A DNA stretch of 28,193 nucleotides from a virus (lineage: Duplodnaviria; Heunggongvirae; Uroviricota; Caudoviricetes). The DNA lies in IMG/VR virus record IMGVR_UViG_3300029488_000242. One strand, given 5' to 3'. Shown one piece after another: positions 7,811 through 16,623 of the stretch (the first letter of the stretch is position 1; every line of letters begins with the position of its first letter). The notes under the pieces are model-generated. The model made no database searches. It was not told the origin of the DNA and saw only the letters and a list, made by a program, of their open reading frames with translations. Made by a program: the position numbers and the translations under genes.

Positions 7811-10383
7811 TAGACAAAAGTAAAATTTTCGGATATGACTTTGAAGTGTACTCGTCTATTCCAGGTGGAGGTTGGTTTTGTGTAACTTTCATCAATTATG
7901 AGGATAGAACAAAAGAAGTAGTAGTTGTAAATGATAAGCAGAAATTAACAGAATTTTATAATAAACACAAAGATGATATTTTTATTTCATACAACGGTAG
8001 ACAATATGATACAGGAATTTTTAAAGGAATTCTTGATGGAATGAATGTCGGTTATGTGAATGATAAACTCATCAAAGAAGGAAAGAAACCTTTTCAGGTA
8101 GTTAAAAATGCTAAAAATTATCCATTAAATGATTATGATGCCATTTTGAAAGATAAGTCATTGAAGCAATTGGAAGCATTTATGGGTGATGACATTAGAG
8201 AAACAGAAGTAGACTTCAACATTGATAGACCATTGACAGATGAAGAAATACAACAGACATTATATTACAACAGACATGATGTAATTGAGGTTTTACGTGT
8301 ACTTGATTATTGTTGGGATGATTTTGAAGGTCAATTAGATATTATTGAGTTATATGGACTTGATATGTCATACTTCACAAAAACAAAAGTACAGTTAGCA
8401 GTTTCTCCAAAAATTCTAAATGCTGTAAACCAGCATACTCTCGATGATGAATTCGACATTAGACTCCCAGAAACAATTCAGTTATCAGATAAATATAAGT
8501 TCATTCCAGAATGGTATCTTAATCCTAAGAATTGGAGATACAAAGAACATTTACATTCTGAAGATGATCAACATAATAATCAGTTATGTTGTAATGTAGC
8601 AGGTATTCCTCATGTATTCGCATGGGGAGGCTGTCATGGAGCAGATGATAAACAATCTGTATTTGAAGGAATTATTCTTCATGCTGACGTTGCATCCATG
8701 TATCCGACTACTGATATTGAATATGGTTTATTGAGTAGAAAATTCAAGAATCCAGATGACTTTAAGCAAATGAGAAATTTTAGATTGAAACTTAAAGCTG
8801 AAGGTAATTCCAAGAACAAAGCGTTAAAACCTATGATAAATGGTGTATATGGTGCAGGTAAAGATAGAAACAATCCATCTTACGATCCACTTATGGCTAA
8901 TCTCACCTGTATATTTGGACAGATGTTTATTCTTGATTTGGTTGATAAGCTTGAACCTTATTGCAGATTATTACAAACAAATACAGATGGTATTTTTGTT
9001 CTTTGTGAGAATGAAGATATGAAGAATAAGGTAATTGAAATCACAAATGATGTAGGTAAACGACTTAAAATGGAATTTGAGATTGATGAATACACCAAGT
9101 TAATTCAAAAGGATGTAAATAACTACATTGCAGTTATGAAGAATGGTAAATTGGAATGTAAAGGCGCAATGGTAAAATTCAATAAACCTATTGATAATGA
9201 TTTACCTATTCTCAATGATGCAGTTAGAAATTACCTTGCATCTGGAATTCCAGTTGAACAGACAATCAATGAATGTACAGAATATATCAAGTTCCAAAAG
9301 GTCATTAAATTGTCTGCAAAATACAAAGAGATTTGGTATGGCAATGGTGTAGCTGCAAAAGATGGAAAGATTACTTCAATAAATGGAGAATTATTAAAGG
9401 GTAAAGTACATAGAGTGTTTGCCAGCAAAAGAACATCAGACGGATCTATTTATAAATTGAAAGTTGAAAAGGGCGTTAAATCTTATGAACAGTTTGCAAA
9501 TACACCTACTCATTTATTTATAGATAATGAAGATATTCATGAAAAGAATATTCCTGAATATTTAGACAAAGAGTATTACATCAATGAGGCAAAGAAACGA
9601 ATTGAGATGTTTTTAACCAAAGATGAAGAAAAAGTAGATGAAACACCAAATATTTTATTTAAATGTATGTGTGAGAGTCCTACATTTTATGACTTTTTGG
9701 AGAAGTGTTCGGAGAATAATATAACGAAGAAAGTTTTAGAACAGTATCTTATTGCAGATTGTTGTTCAAATTATGGAAAGACAAAAAAGTTGTTACTGTT
9801 TAGAGATTATTTTCTTATGTTATATGGGAAAGATAAAATGACAGTAACTGCATTGAATAAAAAATTCTCTGATGAAAATATCAAATCTATTGTCATTTCT
9901 AATGCTGAACTGTCGAAAACAGGAAAGTCTTATAACAATTTAAACTCTAAGAAAACTCTTTTAGAAATATTCAATTATATTCCAGATGAACATATTGATC
10001 CGTATGAAATTATGGAGATGCAAGTTAATAAGTTTGGAACAGTAAGATACAAAGATTCAAAACTTATTAATAGATATTTTGTTCTAAATACTCGAAACAT
10101 CATTGCTCCAAATCTAATTCTTTATAACATGGGAAACGGAAAAATTCAGTATAGGAAGATTAAGAAAGAGATATTTAAAATTCTTCCTTTACAGGATGGT
10201 GACATCATTGATGTTAAAAACTCCGAGAAACAATTTGGTATGAAGATTGTAGGTAAGGATGATGAAGGAAAAAACATTGTAGTTGCTGATATAGACAAAG
10301 AATATGATGTAATTACTCAATATGACATTGTTTATAGAAAGTATGGTAAAGGAAATTCGCTTCTAACAGATTGTGAGGTATGA
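7807..10383 (+). CDS. polB: Family B DNA polymerase with 3'-5' exonuclease and ~255 aa C-terminal extension
   Basis: Exo I YDFE, Exo II YNGRQYD, Exo III YNRHDV; Pol A DVASMYP, Pol B KPMINGVYG, Pol C TNTDG. The core appears to end at 'DKEYYINEAKKRI' (~9615). Confidence 0.88.
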   Translation: MIDKSKIFGYDFEVYSSIPGGGWFCVTFINYEDRTKEVVVVNDKQKLTEFYNKHKDDIFISYNGRQYDTGIFKGILDGMNVGYVNDKLIKEGKKPFQVVKNAKNYPLNDYDAILKDKSLKQLEAFMGDDIRETEVDFNIDRPLTDEEIQQTLYYNRHDVIEVLRVLDYCWDDFEGQLDIIELYGLDMSYFTKTKVQLAVSPKILNAVNQHTLDDEFDIRLPETIQLSDKYKFIPEWYLNPKNWRYKEHLHSEDDQHNNQLCCNVAGIPHVFAWGGCHGADDKQSVFEGIILHADVASMYPTTDIEYGLLSRKFKNPDDFKQMRNFRLKLKAEGNSKNKALKPMINGVYGAGKDRNNPSYDPLMANLTCIFGQMFILDLVDKLEPYCRLLQTNTDGIFVLCENEDMKNKVIEITNDVGKRLKMEFEIDEYTKLIQKDVNNYIAVMKNGKLECKGAMVKFNKPIDNDLPILNDAVRNYLASGIPVEQTINECTEYIKFQKVIKLSAKYKEIWYGNGVAAKDGKITSINGELLKGKVHRVFASKRTSDGSIYKLKVEKGVKSYEQFANTPTHLFIDNEDIHEKNIPEYLDKEYYINEAKKRIEMFLTKDEEKVDETPNILFKCMCESPTFYDFLEKCSENNITKKVLEQYLIADCCSNYGKTKKLLLFRDYFLMLYGKDKMTVTALNKKFSDENIKSIVISNAELSKTGKSYNNLNSKKTLLEIFNYIPDEHIDPYEIMEMQVNKFGTVRYKDSKLINRYFVLNTRNIIAPNLILYNMGNGKIQYRKIKKEIFKILPLQDGDIIDVKNSEKQFGMKIVGKDDEGKNIVVADIDKEYDVITQYDIVYRKYGKGNSLLTDCEV

Positions 10384-12731
10384 TAGTGGAAGAGGAAAAG
10401 ATTTTAAAATTTGAATGTACTTTGGATAGGATTTTCTATCCAAAGTATTGTAAAAAGGTTGAATCTGGTGAATTCGCCATATTCAGTGCCGTTATAACAA
10501 AATGGCTTGAAAATGAGATAGACAATTTATATACAATTAAGATGAAAGGAAATTGCTGCACGATTGAATATGGAACAACATATAAGGTGTTTTGTAAATT
10601 AGCTGAAACACATGAACAATATGGTGATACATATGAAATCGTATATATCAGTAAATGTATTGATATTTCAAGTAAGGATAAGCAAAAAGAATTTCTCAAA
10701 AATGTATTAAATGAGAATCTTGTTGATAAATTATTTGATGAATATGACGATGTGATTCAGCTTTTGGAGAATAGAGATGTAAAATCTCTTATGAAAATCA
10801 AAGGTATTGGTAATCAAGTAGCTTTAAAAATGATTGATGAATACGAAGAATCAAAAGACTACAGTTCTATTTATATGGAACTTGGACAGTTAGGTTTAAC
10901 TCATACATTCATTAAAAAATTGGTAGATTTCTATCATTCACCAGATACAGTAATTGATATTGTGAGGAATAATCCATACGATTTAGTGCGTGTGGATGGC
11001 GTAGGATTCAAGAAGGCAGATGAAGTTGCTTGTAAAGTAGGAATTGGTCAGTATGACATTAGACGAATCAAAGGATTTTTATTACATCACTTAAATGATC
11101 AAGGAGAGGCAGGTAAGAGTTATCTTAATTATCAGGAACTTATGAAAGCATTGTATGATACTTTAGGATTTGTACCAGAAGAGGTTGTAAATGCTACTGC
11201 AAAACAAATGATTGATAATGAAGATGTAGTTGTACTTAATAATGGATCGAAAATTGCACTTAAAAAGTTTTACAATTTGGAGAATAACATAATGAAAGAA
11301 CTTATGAGACTTCAGATTGGACTTGTGAAAGTAGTAGAAAATGATTCGGATGAGGTGAGTATTCATGATGATTATATTCCAAAGTCATTTAATATTGGTA
11401 ATTGGGAATCAATTGTTAAAAAAGTAGAAGAAAATCAGGGCTTTGATTTTACAGAAGAACAGAGAGCTGCTATCAAATTGAGTCTTGATAATCATGTTAT
11501 GGCTTTGACTGGTCTGGCTGGTGCAGGAAAAACTAGCACAGCCAATGGTATTTGTTCATTATATGACGATTACAATATTTTAGCTTGTGCGTTATCTGGT
11601 AAAGCAAGTGTAAGAATTACCGAAGCAACTGGATTACCTGCAAGTACAATTCATAGAGCTTTAGGATATCAGAATGGCGAGTTTATGTTCAACAAAGAGA
11701 ATAAATTAGCAGTAGATATTGTTCTGATTGATGAAGCAACTATGATAAACGGTACATTGTTTTTATCTTTACTAGAAGCAATTCCAACAGGTGCAAAAGT
11801 GATTATCATGGGAGATGTTCAACAGCTTACTCCAATCGGTAATTGTCAGGTATTTGCTGATATCCTTGATAGTAATGTACTCCCAGTTGTAAAACTTACA
11901 AAGCCACATAGACAGGCACTTATGAGTGGTATCATTCCAACATCAATTAAAGTAGCAAATCAGGAACAGATTTTTGATAATAAATTTGAAGGAAATGCTA
12001 TTCTTGGTGAATTAAAAGATATGGAATTAGATATATCAAATTCAAAAGAGTCTATGGCAGATTGTATTATTCGACACTTCCAAACAGAGATGGAAAAATT
12101 CAACGATATCATGGAAGTTCAAGTATGTGTTCCTATGAGATTAAAAGGGGAACTATCTTGTTATAATCTTAACACAAAAATCCAAAGTCTTTATAATCCA
12201 AAATTCAATGATGGTAATGAGATTGAAATTTTCTTAGAGAAAAAGAATGATGAAGCTAAGAAATATATGATTAGAGTTGGAGATAAGGTACTTAACACTA
12301 AAAATAATTATAAGTGTACAAATCCTGATGGCGATGTAACACCTGTATTTAATGGAAATATAGGCATTGTTAAAGCAATCGAAGATAACGGATATTGCAC
12401 AATTGATTTTGTTGGTATTGGTGAAGTGTTATTCAGTAAAGGAGATTCAAAAAATCTTGAACTTGCATATGCATGTACAGTTCATAAAATGCAAGGATCT
12501 GGTTTTACATCAACTATTGTTGGGATGGACACAGGAAGTTACATAATGAATAATTCAGAATTGCTTTACACAGCAATCACAAGAGCAAAGAAATACTGTG
12601 TATTGGTTGGTAATAATTACGCTATTACAAAGGCTATACAGACAAAAGAGGTAAAAACAAAGCAGACATTTTTAAAAGATATGTTACTTGAAAACGATTA
12701 TAGATTAAAAGAAGACGAAAAAGGAGAATAA
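10380..12731 (+). CDS. recD2: RecD2-like SF1B helicase
   Basis: N-terminal OB/HhH region (IKGIG, NPY.L..VDGVGFKKAD), Walker A GLAGAGKT, DEATM, GDVQQL, HRQA, FNGNIG, AYACTVHKMQGS, LYTAITRAK. Confidence 0.92.
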   Translation: MIVEEEKILKFECTLDRIFYPKYCKKVESGEFAIFSAVITKWLENEIDNLYTIKMKGNCCTIEYGTTYKVFCKLAETHEQYGDTYEIVYISKCIDISSKDKQKEFLKNVLNENLVDKLFDEYDDVIQLLENRDVKSLMKIKGIGNQVALKMIDEYEESKDYSSIYMELGQLGLTHTFIKKLVDFYHSPDTVIDIVRNNPYDLVRVDGVGFKKADEVACKVGIGQYDIRRIKGFLLHHLNDQGEAGKSYLNYQELMKALYDTLGFVPEEVVNATAKQMIDNEDVVVLNNGSKIALKKFYNLENNIMKELMRLQIGLVKVVENDSDEVSIHDDYIPKSFNIGNWESIVKKVEENQGFDFTEEQRAAIKLSLDNHVMALTGLAGAGKTSTANGICSLYDDYNILACALSGKASVRITEATGLPASTIHRALGYQNGEFMFNKENKLAVDIVLIDEATMINGTLFLSLLEAIPTGAKVIIMGDVQQLTPIGNCQVFADILDSNVLPVVKLTKPHRQALMSGIIPTSIKVANQEQIFDNKFEGNAILGELKDMELDISNSKESMADCIIRHFQTEMEKFNDIMEVQVCVPMRLKGELSCYNLNTKIQSLYNPKFNDGNEIEIFLEKKNDEAKKYMIRVGDKVLNTKNNYKCTNPDGDVTPVFNGNIGIVKAIEDNGYCTIDFVGIGEVLFSKGDSKNLELAYACTVHKMQGSGFTSTIVGMDTGSYIMNNSELLYTAITRAKKYCVLVGNNYAITKAIQTKEVKTKQTFLKDMLLENDYRLKEDEKGE

Positions 12732-12735
12732 ATAT

Positions 12736-13260
12736 ATGGCGAATATTTATGAACTTACTGGCGAATATTTGGAATTACTCAATATGTTAGAGGACGAAGA
12801 AGTAGACGAGCAGGTAATTATGGATACTCTTGAATCAGTTGAGTATGAGATTGAGGACAAAGCTGATGGATATGCAAAGATTATTAAAGCTCTTGAAGCA
12901 GATGTAGATGGTATTCAGAAAGAGAATGATAGACTTACATCTCGTAAAAAGACATATGAGAATAGAATTAAGTGGTTAAAACAAAATCTTGAAATGTGTA
13001 TGAGAGCAACTGGTAAGAAGAAATTTACAACTGATTTATTCTCATTCAATATTCAGAAGAATGGTGGTAAGAGAAAACTTACAATTGATGTTGATGTAGA
13101 GAATATTCCAGAAGAATATCGTATTAAGCAGCCAGACGCAGTTAATGGAGATAAATTAAGAGAATATTTAAAAGAGAATGGTCTTGAAGGTCAGGATGGT
13201 TCACTTAACTGTGAATGGTGTCATTTAGAGCCACAGGGAGAGAGTTTGAGAATCAGATAA
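12736..13260 (+). CDS. Siphovirus Gp157-family protein
   Basis: 'MANIYELT..Y..L...E...DTLES..EIEDKADGYAKIIK' coiled coil and 'IPEEY' typical of Gp157. Confidence 0.85.
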   Translation: MANIYELTGEYLELLNMLEDEEVDEQVIMDTLESVEYEIEDKADGYAKIIKALEADVDGIQKENDRLTSRKKTYENRIKWLKQNLEMCMRATGKKKFTTDLFSFNIQKNGGKRKLTIDVDVENIPEEYRIKQPDAVNGDKLREYLKENGLEGQDGSLNCEWCHLEPQGESLRIR

Positions 13261-13334
13261 CAAATTTGGATTTCTGGAATGCCCATAAATAGGGCGTTTC
13301 AGAGACTCAAAAAGCCAAGGAAAGACGGATTTCC
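13261..13334. repeat. Two NAAA-N6-TTTC dyads with a ~19-bp imperfect hairpin between them
   Basis: CAAA-tttgga-TTTC (13261-74) and GGAAA-gacgga-TTTCC (13319-34); hairpin 13265-84 pairs with 13292-311 around loop ATAAATA. Confidence 0.65.
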
Positions 13335-13373
13335 TGTTAGTCATTCATTGAAAAGAAAGGAGAGAATAAGTAA

Positions 13374-13991
13374 ATGAAAATGCTTGTGTTTTATCGGTCA
13401 AGAGAATATACAAATGCAATTATATCTTCAACAAGGCATAAATTGCAAAATATGGATATGGCAAAAGGTCTTGACGTTGATTTTATTAATTTAGATAAAA
13501 GAAACTACATTAAGGTATTGGCTCAAATGGAAGAATTGCCACGCTTTGTATATATTTGGTATGACGAAGAAAAGGTTACAGATTATATCAATGAAACATA
13601 CCCATCAATAGAAGTCTTACATTTTGATGTGGAAAATTCAGTCGAAAAACATAATAGTGGTTTTTATGGATATACAACAAAAGAATATAAGTTAGCAGAT
13701 TTAATGCTTCAGAAATTTAAGGATAGTCTTGTAAAGAAAACAATGTATCAGGTTGATTCTTTATATAAAATTTCAAAAATGGACATGGATGATATGGATA
13801 TAGCTTGTTCAAAATATCATTCATTTGAGACAAGGGAGGAAGCAAAGCAATATTGTATTGACTGTCTTAAAAAGGAAATTGATGCATTAGAAAATAGAAT
13901 TGATATGTACCAAAGCAATATTAAGTCTTGCAAAGCTGATTTGAAAAAGAAAAATACACTATTAAAGAAATACGATATTAAAGCAAATTAA
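13374..13991 (+). CDS. Hypothetical protein with C-terminal coiled coil
   Basis: 205 aa ORF with SD AAGGAG; no recognised family. Confidence 0.75.
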   Translation: MKMLVFYRSREYTNAIISSTRHKLQNMDMAKGLDVDFINLDKRNYIKVLAQMEELPRFVYIWYDEEKVTDYINETYPSIEVLHFDVENSVEKHNSGFYGYTTKEYKLADLMLQKFKDSLVKKTMYQVDSLYKISKMDMDDMDIACSKYHSFETREEAKQYCIDCLKKEIDALENRIDMYQSNIKSCKADLKKKNTLLKKYDIKAN

Positions 13992-14002
13992 ACGACAGTT
14001 TC
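13989..14002. repeat. NAAA-N6-TTTC junction dyad
   Basis: TAAA-cgacag-TTTC; includes the upstream stop codon. Confidence 0.6.
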
Positions 14003-14024
14003 TTGTGGAAATTAAGGAGGAAAA

Positions 14025-14348
14025 ATGAACAGAATGACTATTAATGGTAAAACAATCACATGTTCAGGAACTAATGTAGTCGTCAATAATGGAAGAATTA
14101 TTGTAGATGGTAAAACAATTCAAGAGTGTAATAGTGGTGATATTAAAGTCACTATCGAAGGAGATGTAAACAAAATTGATTGTGATGGATCAGTAGAAGT
14201 TCACGGCAATTCAGGAAGTATTGATTGCGGTGGCAGTTGTGAAGTCAGTGGAGATGTTAAAGGGAATATAGATGCAGGTGGCTCTGTAACTTGTGGTAAC
14301 GTATCAGGTGATATAGATGCTGGTGGAAGTGTGAGATGTAGAAGATAA
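14025..14348 (+). CDS. Small beta-solenoid-like repeat protein
   Basis: Four 'ID(C/A)(D/G)GS(V/C)' repeats spaced about 15-16 aa apart; SD AAGGAGG. Confidence 0.7.
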   Translation: MNRMTINGKTITCSGTNVVVNNGRIIVDGKTIQECNSGDIKVTIEGDVNKIDCDGSVEVHGNSGSIDCGGSCEVSGDVKGNIDAGGSVTCGNVSGDIDAGGSVRCRR

Positions 14349-14363
14349 GGAGGATAACATAAC

Positions 14364-14798
14364 ATGAAGATTTTAGCTTTAACAATTTTATTTATTTTGA
14401 TGTTTTTCAGAATTAACGGTACACCAAGCGCATTAAGTAAAACATTGTGGCGAAAGAGAATGATTAAGCAGCTTGCAAAAAATAAAGAGAATAATAATGG
14501 AGAGCCACCGAGCGATACGCTACAAGGGGGTGCAATATTGACTGTATTCTTTATGGAGTTATTCTTAATTATCTTTTACATAGTGTTAGGAAACAAAATT
14601 GGAACAACTGAGTTTATTGTAATGTCTGCATTGCAGGTATTTACTTGCTTATGGTCATTGGGTGTAAACCTGTCAGAAGTAAAAACAGCTTTTAGTTACA
14701 ATATTGAAAATTTTAAGTTTCACAGATTCCAATTGCTTTTTAATGTGGTATTAGATTATATCTATTATCCTTGGGCGATTTATATGCTATTGAAGTAA
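14364..14798 (+). CDS. Hypothetical multi-pass membrane protein
   Basis: About 4 hydrophobic segments; SD AAGGAGG. Confidence 0.7.
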   Translation: MKILALTILFILMFFRINGTPSALSKTLWRKRMIKQLAKNKENNNGEPPSDTLQGGAILTVFFMELFLIIFYIVLGNKIGTTEFIVMSALQVFTCLWSLGVNLSEVKTAFSYNIENFKFHRFQLLFNVVLDYIYYPWAIYMLLK

Positions 14799-14801
14799 CA
14801 A

Positions 14802-14815
14802 GAATCCATTATTTC
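14802..14815. repeat. Degenerate junction dyad
   Basis: GAAT-ccatta-TTTC, 3 nt after the stop at 14798. Confidence 0.45.
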
Positions 14816-14841
14816 GTGTGGTGATATTAGGAGACGATAGT

Positions 14842-15048
14842 ATGAGAAGATGGTTAGTAAAACGACCAAATGATGAGGTTATTGTGACGATAATGAAGAA
14901 TAAATGTGATGAAACATATTCTTTTATTAATCTAACAAAAGAACACATTTGTCCATGTAGATTTTCATCAATGGAAGAAGCATTGCTAGATATGGATAAA
15001 AAGATAAAAGATGGAACTGTATTAAAATATAAAAAAATAGGAGAATAA
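14842..15048 (+). CDS. Hypothetical protein (68 aa)
   Basis: ATG 14842 follows SD AGGAG, which fits better than GTG 14818. Confidence 0.65.
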   Translation: MRRWLVKRPNDEVIVTIMKNKCDETYSFINLTKEHICPCRFSSMEEALLDMDKKIKDGTVLKYKKIGE

Positions 15049-15049
15049 A

Positions 15050-15130
15050 ATGGCACAGAGTGCAAAACGATTAATGTTTATTAGAGTCGTTAAATGTAAA
15101 GATGAAAAACCATTAAATTACATTTGTTAA
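15050..15130 (+). CDS. Possible small peptide or truncated gene (26 aa, MAQSAKRLMFIRVVKCKDEKPLNYIC)
   Basis: SD AGGAG; ATG lies 1 nt after the upstream stop. Confidence 0.35.
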   Translation: MAQSAKRLMFIRVVKCKDEKPLNYIC

Positions 15131-15179
15131 TATAAATATTTTTAAAACAATCAAACAACTATGCAGCAATAGAGAATAC

Positions 15180-15369
15180 ATATGTGGTGGTGGAATATGT
15201 AGACACAAAATATCCGTTGTGTAGCGAGAAATGTATTTAAGTGTACGACTGAACATGCGCCTGGCTGTTAACCAGGAGTACGGAAGTTCTTTTCCCATAG
15301 CGGTCACGTTAATAATACCTCTGTTTGTACAGTAATGTATATGTAGGGTGAAAATCCCTACCCACATAT
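15180..15369 (+). ncRNA. tRNA-shaped shell RNA (acceptor, D and T arms) with a large insert replacing the anticodon arm
   Basis: ATATGTGG 15180-87 pairs with CCACATAT 15362-69. Leu/Ser-type D arm TG-GTGGAATATGTAGACAC at 15188-206. T-like arm GTAGGG-TGAAAAT-CCCTAC at 15343-61. Confidence 0.7.
15215..15306 (+). tRNA. Degenerate tRNA-Asn(GUU)-like cloverleaf nested in the shell RNA (probably not a functional decoder)
   Basis: Acceptor CGTTGTG/CATAGCG, discriminator G then TCA. Perfect anticodon arm CCTGG-CTGTTAA-CCAGG (GTT 15267-69), 5-nt variable loop AGTAC, T stem GGAAG/TTTCC with shortened loop TTCT, enlarged D loop. Confidence 0.55.
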
Positions 15370-15525
15370 TTATAATAAAAATATAATATGTAAAAACTTA
15401 TGTCTTAAAAATCTAAATTTTTATAAAAATCCCAAAAAAATAATAAGTAAAAAGAATAAAAATAAATAGAAAGGATAAAGTAAGGTCTTGCAAGATAAAC
15501 AACGTTGTGCCTTTCTGTTTAAAAA

Positions 15526-16044
15526 ATGATTAATAGTAAAGAAGTCTTATATAGCAAAGGCAATAATGATGAGTGTATGACTCCAAATTATGGAGTTGAA
15601 CCAATTTTAAAATATATACCAAAAAATGCAGTAGTTTGGTGTCCGTTTGATAAAGAAGATAGTGAATTTGTTAAACAAATAAGGCAATCAGGTCATAAAG
15701 TAATTGCTACTCATATTGATAACGGAGAAAATTTTTATACATATGAACCCAATGAACATTGGGATTGTATTATAAGTAATCCACCTTTTACTAATAAGAG
15801 AAAAATATTTGAAAGAGCTTTATCTTTTAATAAGCCATTTGCACTAATAATGAGTAATACTTGGTTAAATGATTCTGCTCCTAAACAGTTGTTTAAAAAT
15901 AAGGATTTACAACTTTTAATGTTCGATAAAAGGATGAAATTTATGAATAACGGAGAAGTTCAAAACAAAATAACATTTAGTAGTAGTTATTATTGTTGGA
16001 ATTTTTTACCTAAACAAATAATTATGGAAGAATTAATAATGTAA
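15526..16044 (+). CDS. Small orphan phage DNA amino-methyltransferase (probably N6-adenine)
   Basis: 'DECMTP', 'VWCPFD' (motif I-like) and 'IISNPPF' (motif IV). Confidence 0.78.
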   Translation: MINSKEVLYSKGNNDECMTPNYGVEPILKYIPKNAVVWCPFDKEDSEFVKQIRQSGHKVIATHIDNGENFYTYEPNEHWDCIISNPPFTNKRKIFERALSFNKPFALIMSNTWLNDSAPKQLFKNKDLQLLMFDKRMKFMNNGEVQNKITFSSSYYCWNFLPKQIIMEELIM

Positions 16045-16060
16045 AAAGGAGAAATGGGTA

Positions 16061-16609
16061 ATGGAGATAAACTTATTGAAACTTAAGTTAAACAATCCTC
16101 ACGGTGGGATATACGGACTTTCTGTATTGAGAAGGAGTTGGAAGTACAGACCTATTGACTTCTGTTGTGAAAATATGAAAGAAGCATTTGGAGAAAAATT
16201 CGACAAGTTTATAAAATTTAGAGATGAATTTATGCCGATGTGGCGTAATGAAGACGAAGCATCAAACACAGATTTAAACATACCTCACTTATGTTTAACT
16301 ACAACAGAAAGAGTAGCTAACGGTTTTGACTCTTATACGAAAGAGCACAATTATGCAATCAACTTCTGTCCATTCTGCGGACAGAAAATTACTATAAATG
16401 TAGAAGAATTAGATTTTACCAGCGAATATTCTCAATTAGTTTCACTCAGAGAAATAAATCACATCAAATCAACAAGAGACGGGATTACTGTTGATGAAAA
16501 AAGATTTTATCAAAAAGAATATGACAGAATAATAGAAACAATAAATTATCTTAATGAATTCATTGAAGTAGCAGATGTTGAAAGATTAAGACGATATGTT
16601 GGAGTTTAA
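16061..16609 (+). CDS. Hypothetical Zn-binding protein
   Basis: 'FCCENM' and 'INFCPFCGQKI'; SD AAGGAG. Confidence 0.7.
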   Translation: MEINLLKLKLNNPHGGIYGLSVLRRSWKYRPIDFCCENMKEAFGEKFDKFIKFRDEFMPMWRNEDEASNTDLNIPHLCLTTTERVANGFDSYTKEHNYAINFCPFCGQKITINVEELDFTSEYSQLVSLREINHIKSTRDGITVDEKRFYQKEYDRIIETINYLNEFIEVADVERLRRYVGV

Positions 16610-16623
16610 AAGAGAGAATATAT

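Noticed and set aside
15113..15367. 84-aa minus-strand ORF
   Set aside because: It is antisense to the tRNA-like structure, which explains the sequence better; no motif.
15180..15369. tmRNA, or an ordinary intron-containing tRNA-Leu
   Set aside because: No Ala acceptor identity or tag ORF, and too short. The insert lacks group I P7 elements, and no outer anticodon can be reconstituted.
15370..15467. AT-rich stretch as a replication origin
   Set aside because: No iterons or DnaA boxes seen; more likely promoter or spacer sequence.
15468..15516. SAM-III (SMK) riboswitch
   Set aside because: It shares only GAAAGGAU...UGCCUU; the CCC anti-SD and downstream G-rich SD helix are missing, so it is reported only as an unknown leader.
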